From a virus (Duplodnaviria > Caudoviricetes): a stretch of 64,000 bases of DNA. The notes below the pieces were generated by a model that did no database searches, was not told the origin of the DNA, and saw only the letters and a program-made list of their open reading frames with translations. The stretch covers positions 1 to 64,000 of the IMG/VR virus record IMGVR_UViG_3300033121_001921. One strand, written 5' to 3'. Positions within the stretch are counted from its first letter, which is position 1; the number at the start of each line of letters is the position of its first letter. Shown here piece by piece: positions 1-9,152 of the stretch. The position numbers and the translations under genes are program-made.

Positions 1-18
1 TAATTGATTATCAGTGAC

Positions 19-582
19 TTATATAAATATATTAAAATAATTAGTTTTGATGTTAAAATAATCTATCACATCTTCTAAATTATCTTTCTTATTACAAACC
101 TTTACCCATGTCCTAGACATGTTTTTAACTACATCTGAATCATCTTTAGTCACATCAACCCTAAATATATCAACAACATCCTTTCTGAATAGATTTTTAT
201 TATTAAATGGCTTACTTAAATATGAATAAAGGTGGTGTCCCTTTATTGTAAATGATGAGGTAAAAAATCCATAATCTGTTTCTAAAGTTAATCCGATAGA
301 TGGTTTGGATGGATTTGAGTCCCAGACCCTGTTTAAAGACGGCTTATATCTCTTCATAAAGAGGTTGTCAAATTCTTTATTAACAGGACCACCACTCCAC
401 TCTTTATATTTTAATTTCATTTTTTCATACAGGGAAAGTAATTCTTGAATTTCATTTTCATTTTTGATTAATAAGCTTCGAAAATAAAAAGACAAAAATC
501 CATCGCATTGAGACATCTCCAATCTAGCTAGATCTATATCGTCATCATCTACGGATTCAAATTGTCTCCACCCCCTTATCAT
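19..582 (-). CDS. hypothetical protein, N-terminal 'QFES' motif family
   Basis: 187 aa ORF starting MIRGWRQFESV; ATATATA box just upstream on the minus strand. Confidence 0.7.
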   Translation of the reverse strand: MIRGWRQFESVDDDDIDLARLEMSQCDGFLSFYFRSLLIKNENEIQELLSLYEKMKLKYKEWSGGPVNKEFDNLFMKRYKPSLNRVWDSNPSKPSIGLTLETDYGFFTSSFTIKGHHLYSYLSKPFNNKNLFRKDVVDIFRVDVTKDDSDVVKNMSRTWVKVCNKKDNLEDVIDYFNIKTNYFNIFI

Positions 583-585
583 AAA

Positions 586-1032
586 TTATATATTAGTATT
601 CAGATTGGGATCTATATAAACGTTTGAATATTTAGAGATTAATTTAGAGTTGGATGACCCATCAATTATTACAGGGACAGAGTGTGATATTATCCATGGA
701 GCCCAAACATATCCAGCCTTAGTAAAATCCGAAACTAATTTGAAGGTTTTTTTCTCGAAATGATTTTTGATATCTACAGTACCTTCAGAAAAGTTATTAA
801 CTTCAATTTCATTTCCTATTGAGACAGAACTATCTATTCCCAGAATTTGATCAATCTTTTGATTTCGTTGAATTGTTTTTCTCCTAATTGATGCGGCCAA
901 TCCCTTAGTCTCGGGGGAAAATATGTCCAAAATAATTTCCTCATCGATGGATTTAGATAATTCATCAACGAGAGCTTTTTCTATTTCCTCGATTACATCT
1001 TTGTGAGGAAATGAATTCAAATTATTTGCCAT
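586..1032 (-). CDS. hypothetical protein with RxxKIDxIL motif
   Basis: 148 aa ORF in a tight minus-strand run; contains QRNQKIDQILG. Confidence 0.65.
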   Translation of the reverse strand: MANNLNSFPHKDVIEEIEKALVDELSKSIDEEIILDIFSPETKGLAASIRRKTIQRNQKIDQILGIDSSVSIGNEIEVNNFSEGTVDIKNHFEKKTFKLVSDFTKAGYVWAPWIISHSVPVIIDGSSNSKLISKYSNVYIDPNLNTNI

Positions 1033-1438
1033 TTAATAATGACATTTTTAATTTCCCGCCAAAGTTGGTAATATCTACCTCTGTTGTATAGACACCTGGA
1101 CTCACAAAGACTGTTGATGGATAAATCTTAAATGCCTTCCGTACTACGGACCCATTTGAATAAAAATCTATCTCAAGTTTAGTTTTAGTCACATCGACCA
1201 CAACGGCTTTACCACTTTTTAGTAAAATGTCTTTAACTAATTTAGATTTGTCTTCTCCTATAATTAAATTCAGCTTATGATTCCTCTTTTTTATAGTCCA
1301 CTTTTCCCATCTCTCATTTTTATTCAATTCCTTTGTCTCAGGTATAATCAAATCTAAGACAAAATCTTCTTTTAAGCTTTCCATTTGAAAAGAAGAATTC
1401 AATTTAATGTTTTCTAAGTCCTCAATAAATTCTGACAT
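1022..1438 (-). CDS. hypothetical protein
   Basis: ORF track gives 1022..1522; the ATG at 1438 (MSEFIEDL) avoids overlap with the upstream gene; contains KRNHKLNLII. Confidence 0.55.
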   Translation of the reverse strand: MSEFIEDLENIKLNSSFQMESLKEDFVLDLIIPETKELNKNERWEKWTIKKRNHKLNLIIGEDKSKLVKDILLKSGKAVVVDVTKTKLEIDFYSNGSVVRKAFKIYPSTVFVSPGVYTTEVDITNFGGKLKMSLLNGK

Positions 1439-1448
1439 ACTTTTACTT

Positions 1449-1643
1449 TTACTCTTCATGGTTAAGTATTGAATTGATTTTTTCTTCTCTGGTTTTTCTT
1501 CTCCTTTCTCTTTTAATACCATCCTCCATTTCCTTTACAAGAATATCCTCCATTGCGGCAACTGCATCGAACCCTTGTATATTTTTTAAATCGTTAATAA
1601 ATTCTGGTGAGACTTTATCCCAACGGGTCCTAAGTTGATTCAT
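1449..1643 (-). CDS. small hypothetical protein with C-terminal REEKINSIL
   Basis: 64 aa; start overlaps the stop of the upstream gene. Confidence 0.6.
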   Translation of the reverse strand: MNQLRTRWDKVSPEFINDLKNIQGFDAVAAMEDILVKEMEDGIKRERRRKTREEKINSILNHEE

Positions 1644-1794
1644 TTAATATTTTATCTATTTTTTCATTTCGAATCTCTCTAAGATATTCTCCCTTATTTC
1701 TTTCCACACCATCATGAATATCCTTAGTCAGTTTCTCAATTGTCTCAATTAGATATTCAGAGTACGATTGATACAAACTTTCCTTAATATTCAT
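1630..1794 (-). CDS. small hypothetical protein with C-terminal RNEKIDKIL
   Basis: likely start MNIKESLY at 1794, overlapping the stop of the upstream gene. Confidence 0.55.
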   Translation of the reverse strand: MNIKESLYQSYSEYLIETIEKLTKDIHDGVERNKGEYLREIRNEKIDKILNEST

Positions 1795-2056
1795 CGTCTC
1801 CGTAATCATCCTCATGAAAGTCATCTTCATCATCATGTAAATCCAAATAAGGAAATACATCCAACGCATCAAAAAGGTTAGATATCTTCTCGATATCATC
1901 TTCTGTTAAATCTAAATCTGACATCTTAAGAATGTGCCTTTCTTGTAGCTTATATTGCAAAGCTCCATTGTCTACGAATTTATCTAACTCAGAGTACAAT
2001 TTTTCCTCGTTTGTGCATTCATCTATTGAATAATAATTAAATAATTTTGGTTCCAT
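1784..2056 (-). CDS. acidic hypothetical protein
   Basis: 90 aa with an Asp/Glu-rich tail (DDEDDFHEDDYGDDEY). Confidence 0.65.
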   Translation of the reverse strand: MEPKLFNYYSIDECTNEEKLYSELDKFVDNGALQYKLQERHILKMSDLDLTEDDIEKISNLFDALDVFPYLDLHDDEDDFHEDDYGDDEY

Positions 2057-2797
2057 TTATTTTTTTAATGTTTTTAGTATCTCAGTCATAGGTAATCTCA
2101 CTGGTTCTTTCTCTGCTTTGTATGTCGCCATGACCCACAACTTATTTTGATCATCTAGAATTCCAATATCCATAATAACCCCGTCTGAATATATTTTTAG
2201 GTATTTATCTGAAATAGATATTGGAATTATGTCAAAATCCGGATTAGTTTGATAATTGTCAATTCTTTTCAAGAAATTAAAATTCTCTTTCTTATAAAAT
2301 TCTAGTTTCAAAAGTTCTAAGAACTTAGATTTGCTTTCTAAGACTTTATTTTTGGGAACACCAAATACATCTTTCCATTTAAATCCAAGTGTCACATGGA
2401 AATCCTGTGGTGGTAGATTGTATCTTTTTTTGATAGCATCTAGTTTTTCGGACTTACAAACAATGAAATATGCGGTGTTTTCATTTCTTGAAGCAGAACC
2501 CACCCCCATCATTTTTAGATCATCGATGGGATATTTCGATAGATCCTCTATAGATTCAACAAATTTGGAAATGGAAGTCTCTTTGGAGAGTTTATTATAT
2601 TCCATTACATTTATCACGGTTATGTGATGTGTTCCACCATCACGTTTTTGTTGATTTTCAATGTAGATTTTATACTCATCTTCCGAAAGATGGTCTTTTA
2701 ATTTTTCTAAAAATGGAGAAACTACATCATAAGGAATCTTCAATCCAATGTAATTATTACCAACTGAATCTCGAATATAGGATAGATAATAAACCAT
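2057..2797 (-). CDS. 2H phosphoesterase family protein
   Basis: two HxT motifs (HHITVI and FHVTLG) spaced as in 2H phosphoesterases. Confidence 0.7.
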   Translation of the reverse strand: MVYYLSYIRDSVGNNYIGLKIPYDVVSPFLEKLKDHLSEDEYKIYIENQQKRDGGTHHITVINVMEYNKLSKETSISKFVESIEDLSKYPIDDLKMMGVGSASRNENTAYFIVCKSEKLDAIKKRYNLPPQDFHVTLGFKWKDVFGVPKNKVLESKSKFLELLKLEFYKKENFNFLKRIDNYQTNPDFDIIPISISDKYLKIYSDGVIMDIGILDDQNKLWVMATYKAEKEPVRLPMTEILKTLKK

Positions 2798-2829
2798 GGT
2801 CTATATATTAGACTCAAATTGGAAGTTTA

Positions 2830-3993
2830 TTATTTGTGAAATAGCTTTAGAAACTCCTCTGTTTCCAATCTTTTGATTTCGTTGCCTAACTCCTTGCCCT
2901 TTATTCCTTGTTTCATTAGCTCTTCAGCAGAAACGCTTGGTAAGTATTTGATAAAGGCATCGAATAGATTTTTATTTAAAATATTGATCCTGACCCACTC
3001 TATTATCATTTCATTTGTTACATGGCACTTAATTTTATCTTTATACATCATAAAAGCATTCTCAGGCGAAAGATTAATGAGTCTTATTAAATGGCAAGCC
3101 TTTGATACAACCTCTGATTCAATTTTAAGATCCAGAACTAATTCCTTTTCTAATTTTTGAGGATCATTATCCCTTAGTACGCTCGCAATATAAATGGGTA
3201 GATAATTTGATTCTGGAATATTGAGGTTGAGTTTTAAATTTGGGAAAATCTCTTCAAATAAGTCTAAGTCTTTAATAATTTGAAGATAGTTCTTGAAGTT
3301 TTTCTTATATCCGTATGCCTTCTTTATTTCTTCCCAAATCCTTTCTCGAACTATTCTTTGCAGGGATTTTTTGGTCTTTTTGATATCTTCTGTAGTTTCC
3401 TCATCGATATTATATCCATATCTATAAGCAAATCTACAAACTCTCATAATACGAAGAGGATCCTCTTCGATTCTTTTTTCTGGATCACCAACCATCCTTA
3501 TAATCTTACTTTCTAGGTCCGATATTCCGCCTACTAAATCTATAATTTCTCTTTTATCCAAATCATAGAAAAGGGCGTTTATAGAAAGATCCCTTCTTTC
3601 CACATCTTTATCTATTGTAGTATATTCAACTTTGGGATTTCTTGATTTTCCATCATATGTATCTGATCTGAAAGTTGCAATTTCCATCCCCATGGGTTGG
3701 TCGTCAGTGTAGACAACAACTACTCCAAATGATTTTCCCTGGAGATTGGTCTTGTACTCTGCTCCAATTATTTTTAACACTTCATCAGGAAGAGCATCTG
3801 TACATAGATCAAAATCCTTTGGCTTATCACCTTTAAGAAAATCTCTAACAGCTCCACCCACTACATATAATTTCTTCCCCTTCTCAGAAAATATTTTTTG
3901 TAAATCTTTAACAGACTCAGGAATAATGGACCACATATCTGACTTAAGTGATTCTAAAAATAATTTATATTTAAGTAGTTTTCCAAATCCCAT
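2830..3993 (-). CDS. cca: CCA-adding tRNA nucleotidyltransferase / poly(A) polymerase family
   Basis: VGGAVRD, DFD, EIATFR, DVERRDLSINAL and EDPLRIMR class II nucleotidyltransferase motifs; likely start MGFGKLLKYKLFLES at 3993. Confidence 0.9.
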   Translation of the reverse strand: MGFGKLLKYKLFLESLKSDMWSIIPESVKDLQKIFSEKGKKLYVVGGAVRDFLKGDKPKDFDLCTDALPDEVLKIIGAEYKTNLQGKSFGVVVVYTDDQPMGMEIATFRSDTYDGKSRNPKVEYTTIDKDVERRDLSINALFYDLDKREIIDLVGGISDLESKIIRMVGDPEKRIEEDPLRIMRVCRFAYRYGYNIDEETTEDIKKTKKSLQRIVRERIWEEIKKAYGYKKNFKNYLQIIKDLDLFEEIFPNLKLNLNIPESNYLPIYIASVLRDNDPQKLEKELVLDLKIESEVVSKACHLIRLINLSPENAFMMYKDKIKCHVTNEMIIEWVRINILNKNLFDAFIKYLPSVSAEELMKQGIKGKELGNEIKRLETEEFLKLFHK

Positions 3994-4756
3994 CTTCTGA
4001 GTATAATAAATTTGTATTGATATTGCAAATTTTATAGTAGAGTTCATGAACCTCTTCAAGAGTCGTTTCTGAGAACGTCTTCATTAACGAATCTCTAATA
4101 GAATCAGAAATAGTTAAAATTTCATCTGTGTGTTCATCTTTATCTCCACCATATTGAGGAATTTTATTAAAAAGCATATTTTTTAAAGCTTTTTTGAATT
4201 CTACGGCTGATTTTCGATCTGAGAATTTACCAATAAACTCACCATGAAATGTATCAATATTAGAGATTGTTAGATCAGTAATTTTTATTTTGTCTCGTTC
4301 CTCTGACATTCCTATCTCTGGCTGTAAGGAAAATAAGTCAATTTTATTTTCATGTATGTGATCTTCAAGAAAATCTAGGGATTTTTTTTCTAATTTTGAT
4401 TTATCAATTTTAAAAATCATAGATAAGCACAGAGGTCTTGAACTTTCGAATGAAGCATCCTCAAAATATCCACGATCAAAATCAATGGATTCTAAGGTTC
4501 CTTGAATTGGAATTGGAGTTAAATTGTTATAGGTATGTTTACCAGGTCTAGCTCTTCCGTCGGCAGCTGGTCTGCCCGCAACGAATCCAATTCCAAATAT
4601 CCAAAGATTAAAAATGTGATCGGATAATTTTCTATTCATATGATTAGTTAATTTGGAAGCACGTGTATTATGACCTAATTGTCGTAATTTATCTGCGGCA
4701 GATTTATAAGTATCAGCCTTCAATTTCTCATTAAAGTGATTAAATTTAGATATCAT
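3971..4756 (-). CDS. hypothetical protein, N-terminal motif family
   Basis: 261 aa starting MISKFNHFNEK; divergent from 4774 across a shared ATATATA. Confidence 0.7.
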   Translation of the reverse strand: MISKFNHFNEKLKADTYKSAADKLRQLGHNTRASKLTNHMNRKLSDHIFNLWIFGIGFVAGRPAADGRARPGKHTYNNLTPIPIQGTLESIDFDRGYFEDASFESSRPLCLSMIFKIDKSKLEKKSLDFLEDHIHENKIDLFSLQPEIGMSEERDKIKITDLTISNIDTFHGEFIGKFSDRKSAVEFKKALKNMLFNKIPQYGGDKDEHTDEILTISDSIRDSLMKTFSETTLEEVHELYYKICNINTNLLYSEDGIWKTT

Positions 4757-4773
4757 ATAATTATATATAAAAT

Positions 4774-5163
4774 ATGAAATGGATCAAAAAATTTGAAAAT
4801 GCTGAAGAAGATCAAATTCCTAATAGATTCAATGAGGATAAGATAGATGAGTATTTTCAGGGATTGGTAGATGATTGGGATGTTGAAATAGAATATGATA
4901 GTGAAACATATGGTGATGCTTACTCAGATATTTTGGCTATTGAAGTAAAGATCGGAAGAAAATTATGGAGTAAATTTCCTAGATTACAGAGAATGCATAA
5001 AACTATGGAAAATGTATTAGAATATCACAATATGGACGTGTATTTTAGATTTATGTCTGATCTAAAAAAATGTATTGACCATCTAATATCATCTTCAGGA
5101 GATTATGAATGTACTCTCATAACTCAAAGTGAGTATTCAAAATTAACAATAATGATAGAATGA
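4774..5163 (+). CDS. MKWIKKFE-family paralog 1
   Basis: 129 aa; MKWIKKFEN...DEYFQGLVDDW...KKCIDHLISS. Confidence 0.8.
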   Translation: MKWIKKFENAEEDQIPNRFNEDKIDEYFQGLVDDWDVEIEYDSETYGDAYSDILAIEVKIGRKLWSKFPRLQRMHKTMENVLEYHNMDVYFRFMSDLKKCIDHLISSSGDYECTLITQSEYSKLTIMIE

Positions 5164-5540
5164 AGTGGATAAGAAAATTTGAATCTATTGAAACCGACTA
5201 CAAGGACTATTTCCAAGAATTAGTTGACAATTGGTTTGTTGGCCTTTCAGAAGAAGATGGAAAATTAGATTATTTTTTAATAGTTTCTACCGATAGTGAT
5301 AATGGATTTCCAACTATTCGAGAACTGAATTATTCATGGGTAACTGCACCAAAGTCAATTGCGGATCAATCTGTGATATCATTTAAATCAATTGATTTTG
5401 ATAAGTATTGTAAATTCATGGTGGACCTTCATAAGTGTTTAACTCACTTTATATCAGCCCATAGTGATCAATTATCATTTACTGAAATATTTCAAGATGT
5501 GAATTCTATAATTTGGATAAAATTTAAGAAATTAGGATGA
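5160..5540 (+). CDS. MKWIKKFE-family paralog 2
   Basis: 126 aa; MKWIRKFES...KDYFQELVDNW...HKCLTHFISA; ATGA overlap with paralog 1. Confidence 0.8.
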   Translation: MKWIRKFESIETDYKDYFQELVDNWFVGLSEEDGKLDYFLIVSTDSDNGFPTIRELNYSWVTAPKSIADQSVISFKSIDFDKYCKFMVDLHKCLTHFISAHSDQLSFTEIFQDVNSIIWIKFKKLG

Positions 5541-5956
5541 AGTGGATAAAGAAATTTGAAAATTCTTTACAAGATGATGTGGGTAAATATGAAGATTATT
5601 TTACAGATCTATCAGATAATTGGGGAATAAGCATTGAAAGTAAAAAAATCAAACGACTATTACAGATAATTCTGGTGATAAAAAACAAAGAATTGAAAGA
5701 GGGATTTCCTGCAATTGAACCACATATTCAGCAGGGAGATATGATGATAGTTGTTCATACTGAATATATTAATGGATTTGAGAAGTCTAGACTATATTTT
5801 GAATTTATGTCTGAGGTAATTAAATGTATAGATCATTTAACATCTTCTTGTGACGAAGCTGAATATGTAAGCATGTATGAGGAAAATAATAACTCATTTC
5901 CGGACTATACTGGATCATCCAAGCTAGTAATACAATTTAACATATATAATGATTAA
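5537..5956 (+). CDS. MKWIKKFE-family paralog 3
   Basis: 139 aa; MKWIKKFEN...EDYFTDLSDNW...IKCIDHLTSS; ATGA overlap with paralog 2. Confidence 0.8.
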   Translation: MKWIKKFENSLQDDVGKYEDYFTDLSDNWGISIESKKIKRLLQIILVIKNKELKEGFPAIEPHIQQGDMMIVVHTEYINGFEKSRLYFEFMSEVIKCIDHLTSSCDEAEYVSMYEENNNSFPDYTGSSKLVIQFNIYND

Positions 5957-6509
5957 GAGATTTGAAAATTTTGAATACCCTAGATTTTCAGAAAAAGATA
6001 TAATCAATGCTATAAAGAGAAAGGATTATATCTATGTGAAGAATATTAAAAATTTACCTGATCACAATGATGAAGATCCTGTTAGACCACTAGATATTGA
6101 TACGGATGGATTAATAACCATTGAAGTGGATGGAAAAGATTATGAAGTAGATCTTAAAAATGTTATAAGATTGGACAATAAAATAACAGAATCATATTAT
6201 CAAGATCTATCAGAATATAGATATGATAATAATTTCAAAGGACTTAATATAGGATGGTTGGATCGAGGCCATAATTATGAAAAAGGAGAAACTCCGGATT
6301 CGGTAGTCGAAAAATTGAAATCTGCAAAGTTCGAGAAAAGATACAAAGGATGGCATGTGTGTGAATTTTGTAAAAAATCCACTGGATATGGAATTGGATC
6401 TATAACAGGTAAGAGTGGAACTAAATATGTATTTCCTGATATGATAATACATTATATAGTTGATCATGGATATAAACCTCCCACAAAATTCATCAAAGAT
6501 GTATCATGA
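5949..6509 (+). CDS. two-module hypothetical protein; second module has CxxC/His residues (possible metal binding)
   Basis: MIKRFENF start; KITES linker, then YYQDLS..NIGWL..GWHVCEFC..PDMIIHYIVDHGYKPP. Confidence 0.75.
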   Translation: MIKRFENFEYPRFSEKDIINAIKRKDYIYVKNIKNLPDHNDEDPVRPLDIDTDGLITIEVDGKDYEVDLKNVIRLDNKITESYYQDLSEYRYDNNFKGLNIGWLDRGHNYEKGETPDSVVEKLKSAKFEKRYKGWHVCEFCKKSTGYGIGSITGKSGTKYVFPDMIIHYIVDHGYKPPTKFIKDVS

Positions 6510-7606
6510 TCAAATCATTTCATCATTTTGAGAATAATAATGAATCCAAAAGTAATAGGGAAGTAATATCATATCATCCTAAATTTCAGAATGATTATCC
6601 GAACGCAGCATTCATTCGTAGGTCACAGTTTAAAAACCATGATTTCCTAGATTATTTTTCAGAGATTATAGATGATAATCCAGAACTACAAATAGAGGTA
6701 ATACCAACATATGGTGATACTGGATTGTATATGATTGAAATAAAAGGCAAGCCAATAGATAACATTTCATCAATGGAATCTGTCATGGGGTGTGTTAATA
6801 GACTATGTGAAATGGAGAATCTCTCAATATTATCACTAGTTTGTCCAAATCAATCTAAGTTTTTCTTCGTTGTTGGGAGAGAGAAAATAACCGAGTCCTA
6901 TCAAGGAATATCTAAGCATCCAAAATTCCTGGCTGAATATGATCCAGATAATTTCATACCAATAAGAGGAGATCATAAGTTTAATGATTATATGTTAGAC
7001 ATATCAGATCAGGATCCGAGTCTAGATATTAAAATATTTAAATTTATTCGTCATAATGTAGGTGATAAAGAACGATATCTAATTCAATTCTTTGGATACA
7101 ATGTTGTAAAAAATCCATCTCCATTTGAAGAGGGATCAAATGTTCCAATAATATATGACTCAATAAATCTCCTCTGTGGTATGGAAAATCTGTCAATAGA
7201 GGCAATTGATTTTGTCCACAGTTCAAACAAATCATCGGTTCTATTCTTACTTAAAGAAGACAAGATCATAAATGAGTCCACAACAACAAAAGAAGATATT
7301 AAAGACTACTTTGTTGATTTTATGGACAAATTCGAATGCACTTTAACTGTTAATGAAGATGACTTTGATAGATATGAGGTGTGTATCGTAATGGATGAAA
7401 GATATTGGCGTAAGCATCAACACGATGTCAGCGCAAATCTACAATCTTGTATACATCATTTATTGGATTCAACAGAACTAGAGAGAAACGGATCCTATAA
7501 TACATTTGAAAGGATTGGTGGTCGAATGATAATGGTTATAAAGAAAAGATTTAAGGGGATATATAGTAAGGATTTAATGAAAATGAAATATTTGAAGAAC
7601 TTTTAA
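6506..7606 (+). CDS. multi-module (putative polyprotein) N-terminal motif family protein
   Basis: 366 aa; modules 1 and 2 are similar (HPKF...LCxMENLSI); linkers KITES and KIINES. Confidence 0.75.
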   Translation: MIKSFHHFENNNESKSNREVISYHPKFQNDYPNAAFIRRSQFKNHDFLDYFSEIIDDNPELQIEVIPTYGDTGLYMIEIKGKPIDNISSMESVMGCVNRLCEMENLSILSLVCPNQSKFFFVVGREKITESYQGISKHPKFLAEYDPDNFIPIRGDHKFNDYMLDISDQDPSLDIKIFKFIRHNVGDKERYLIQFFGYNVVKNPSPFEEGSNVPIIYDSINLLCGMENLSIEAIDFVHSSNKSSVLFLLKEDKIINESTTTKEDIKDYFVDFMDKFECTLTVNEDDFDRYEVCIVMDERYWRKHQHDVSANLQSCIHHLLDSTELERNGSYNTFERIGGRMIMVIKKRFKGIYSKDLMKMKYLKNF

Positions 7607-8046
7607 AGTATATCGAATGACGAATTATTAGAAATATTTTTAGAATTGGAATTAGATCTTCCGGTTGAAGTGGAATATTTTAGAAATAAATTCTATGATT
7701 TTGATTATGAATCAATATCAATTATTCCAGAATCTGGAGTTGATGTTGATGAATTAATATCAAAAATAGATCCAATTATTAAGAAGGCAAAAAATTTCGG
7801 ATATAAAAAAATATAGGAGGAACATTGCCCTGGTGTTTGATAGAAGTATTTGAGCCACAAAGATCTAAATATAAAATAGATTTTAAAAGCACTAGATCAA
7901 ATCAAGAAGATTCGATCAAAAATTGGAATTGGAAATGGAGAAATCTATCTCCTAGTGTACTTGGGTCAGTGATAAAATCCACAGATCCACCATCAAAAGA
8001 TGCAATAATAACAGAAGTATCTATCTATTTTGAAATATCTTCTTGA
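7577..8046 (+). pseudogene. disrupted MKYLKNF(E)S-family gene
   Basis: ATG AAA TAT TTG AAG AAC TTT TAA AGT (TAA where FES needs GAA); about 70 open codons follow, then a frameshift in the A7 run near 7805 joins ORF 7825..8046. Confidence 0.6.
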
Positions 8047-8291
8047 TTTTTTCTAAGAAGTGGATCAAATAGAATAACTGCACCCACAACAAGAACGAGA
8101 AACATACATAAGCCAAACCCGAAAAAAATCAATCTATGGATAAAGGAATCTCCTACAATTCTATTATTTATCACTGAAAAAAGAAAATCCATTGTGGCAA
8201 TATACCCAATGATAAATAATAGTCTTAGAGGGAATCTATATCTTTTAGTAAAAGAAATGATTTTAGGTGATGGTTCATCTTTTTGCAACAT
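8025..8291 (-). CDS. small two-TM membrane protein
   Basis: 88 aa with two hydrophobic stretches; TACATTTG box 5 nt upstream. Confidence 0.65.
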   Translation of the reverse strand: MLQKDEPSPKIISFTKRYRFPLRLLFIIGYIATMDFLFSVINNRIVGDSFIHRLIFFGFGLCMFLVLVVGAVILFDPLLRKNQEDISK

Positions 8292-8312
8292 CTATCAAAT
8301 GTATAATAAATT

Positions 8313-8606
8313 ATGATAATTGTTTATTGAATCCATTTTGATTCGGAATTTCTAAGAGACCTTGTCTTTGGACATCTTTCCAAAGAAAGAACTGGACATA
8401 AAAACCAAAAACCAATTTCAATAATCACAGATCTTATTCTAGCTTCTAGTAATGAGGGTCAATTAGTTTTGGACTGTTTCGGGGGAAGTGGAACAACAGC
8501 TGAGGCATGTCTAAAGACAAATAGAAAATTTATAATAATCGAAAAGGATGAATCGCATTTTGAAAAGATTCAGAAAAGAGTGCATCTATATTCCAAGAAG
8601 ATCTGA
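8313..8606 (+). pseudogene. C-terminal remnant of an N4/N6 DNA methyltransferase (beta-class layout)
   Basis: translates GHKNQKPISIITDLILASSNEGQLVLDCFGGSGTTAEACLKTNRKFIIIEKD (motif I FxGxG); catalytic N-terminal half absent; TGA at 8328; not in the ORF track. Confidence 0.8.
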
Positions 8607-8636
8607 ATTTATTGATATTTCAGATAATAGTTTTGA

Positions 8637-9152
8637 CTAATATTTTTTGAAAAGTAACACCATTTCATAAATGGATCCCTTCTTCATATTGTTTTTAGGA
8701 ATTCTATCTATGATGTCATCAAATATCTCATGAAAGTACACCCTGCCTTGTAACGCACTACCTACCATATAAATATATGACGATTCATTATCATGTGGAG
8801 ATTCATATACGAATCTAAATCCATCAGATTCGGCTCTTTTAATTAATCGGATCGTTTTAGTTATCAAATCTTGAAATGTTTTTGGGGATTCCCAAGAAAA
8901 GATTAAGTCAATTTCCCATCCATCATTGTATGAAATATCATATGAATTATATTTCCTCCCATTAAGAGAATAATGGACCACTCTTCTTGAATCATGAACA
9001 AATTTTTCACCAATTATGCTACTAATATACCAATATTCAGATTTGATAGAATCATCACCTATGTCAACAAAAATATCATGAAGAGTCATTAAATCTTCCA
9101 TTTTTTCAGAAGGAGCTTTGTCATTTCTAAAAGATTCAAATTTCTTTATCAT
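8637..9152 (-). CDS. MIKKFESF-family hypothetical protein
   Basis: 171 aa; MIKKFESF...LHDIFVDIGDD. Confidence 0.75.
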   Translation of the reverse strand: MIKKFESFRNDKAPSEKMEDLMTLHDIFVDIGDDSIKSEYWYISSIIGEKFVHDSRRVVHYSLNGRKYNSYDISYNDGWEIDLIFSWESPKTFQDLITKTIRLIKRAESDGFRFVYESPHDNESSYIYMVGSALQGRVYFHEIFDDIIDRIPKNNMKKGSIYEMVLLFKKY

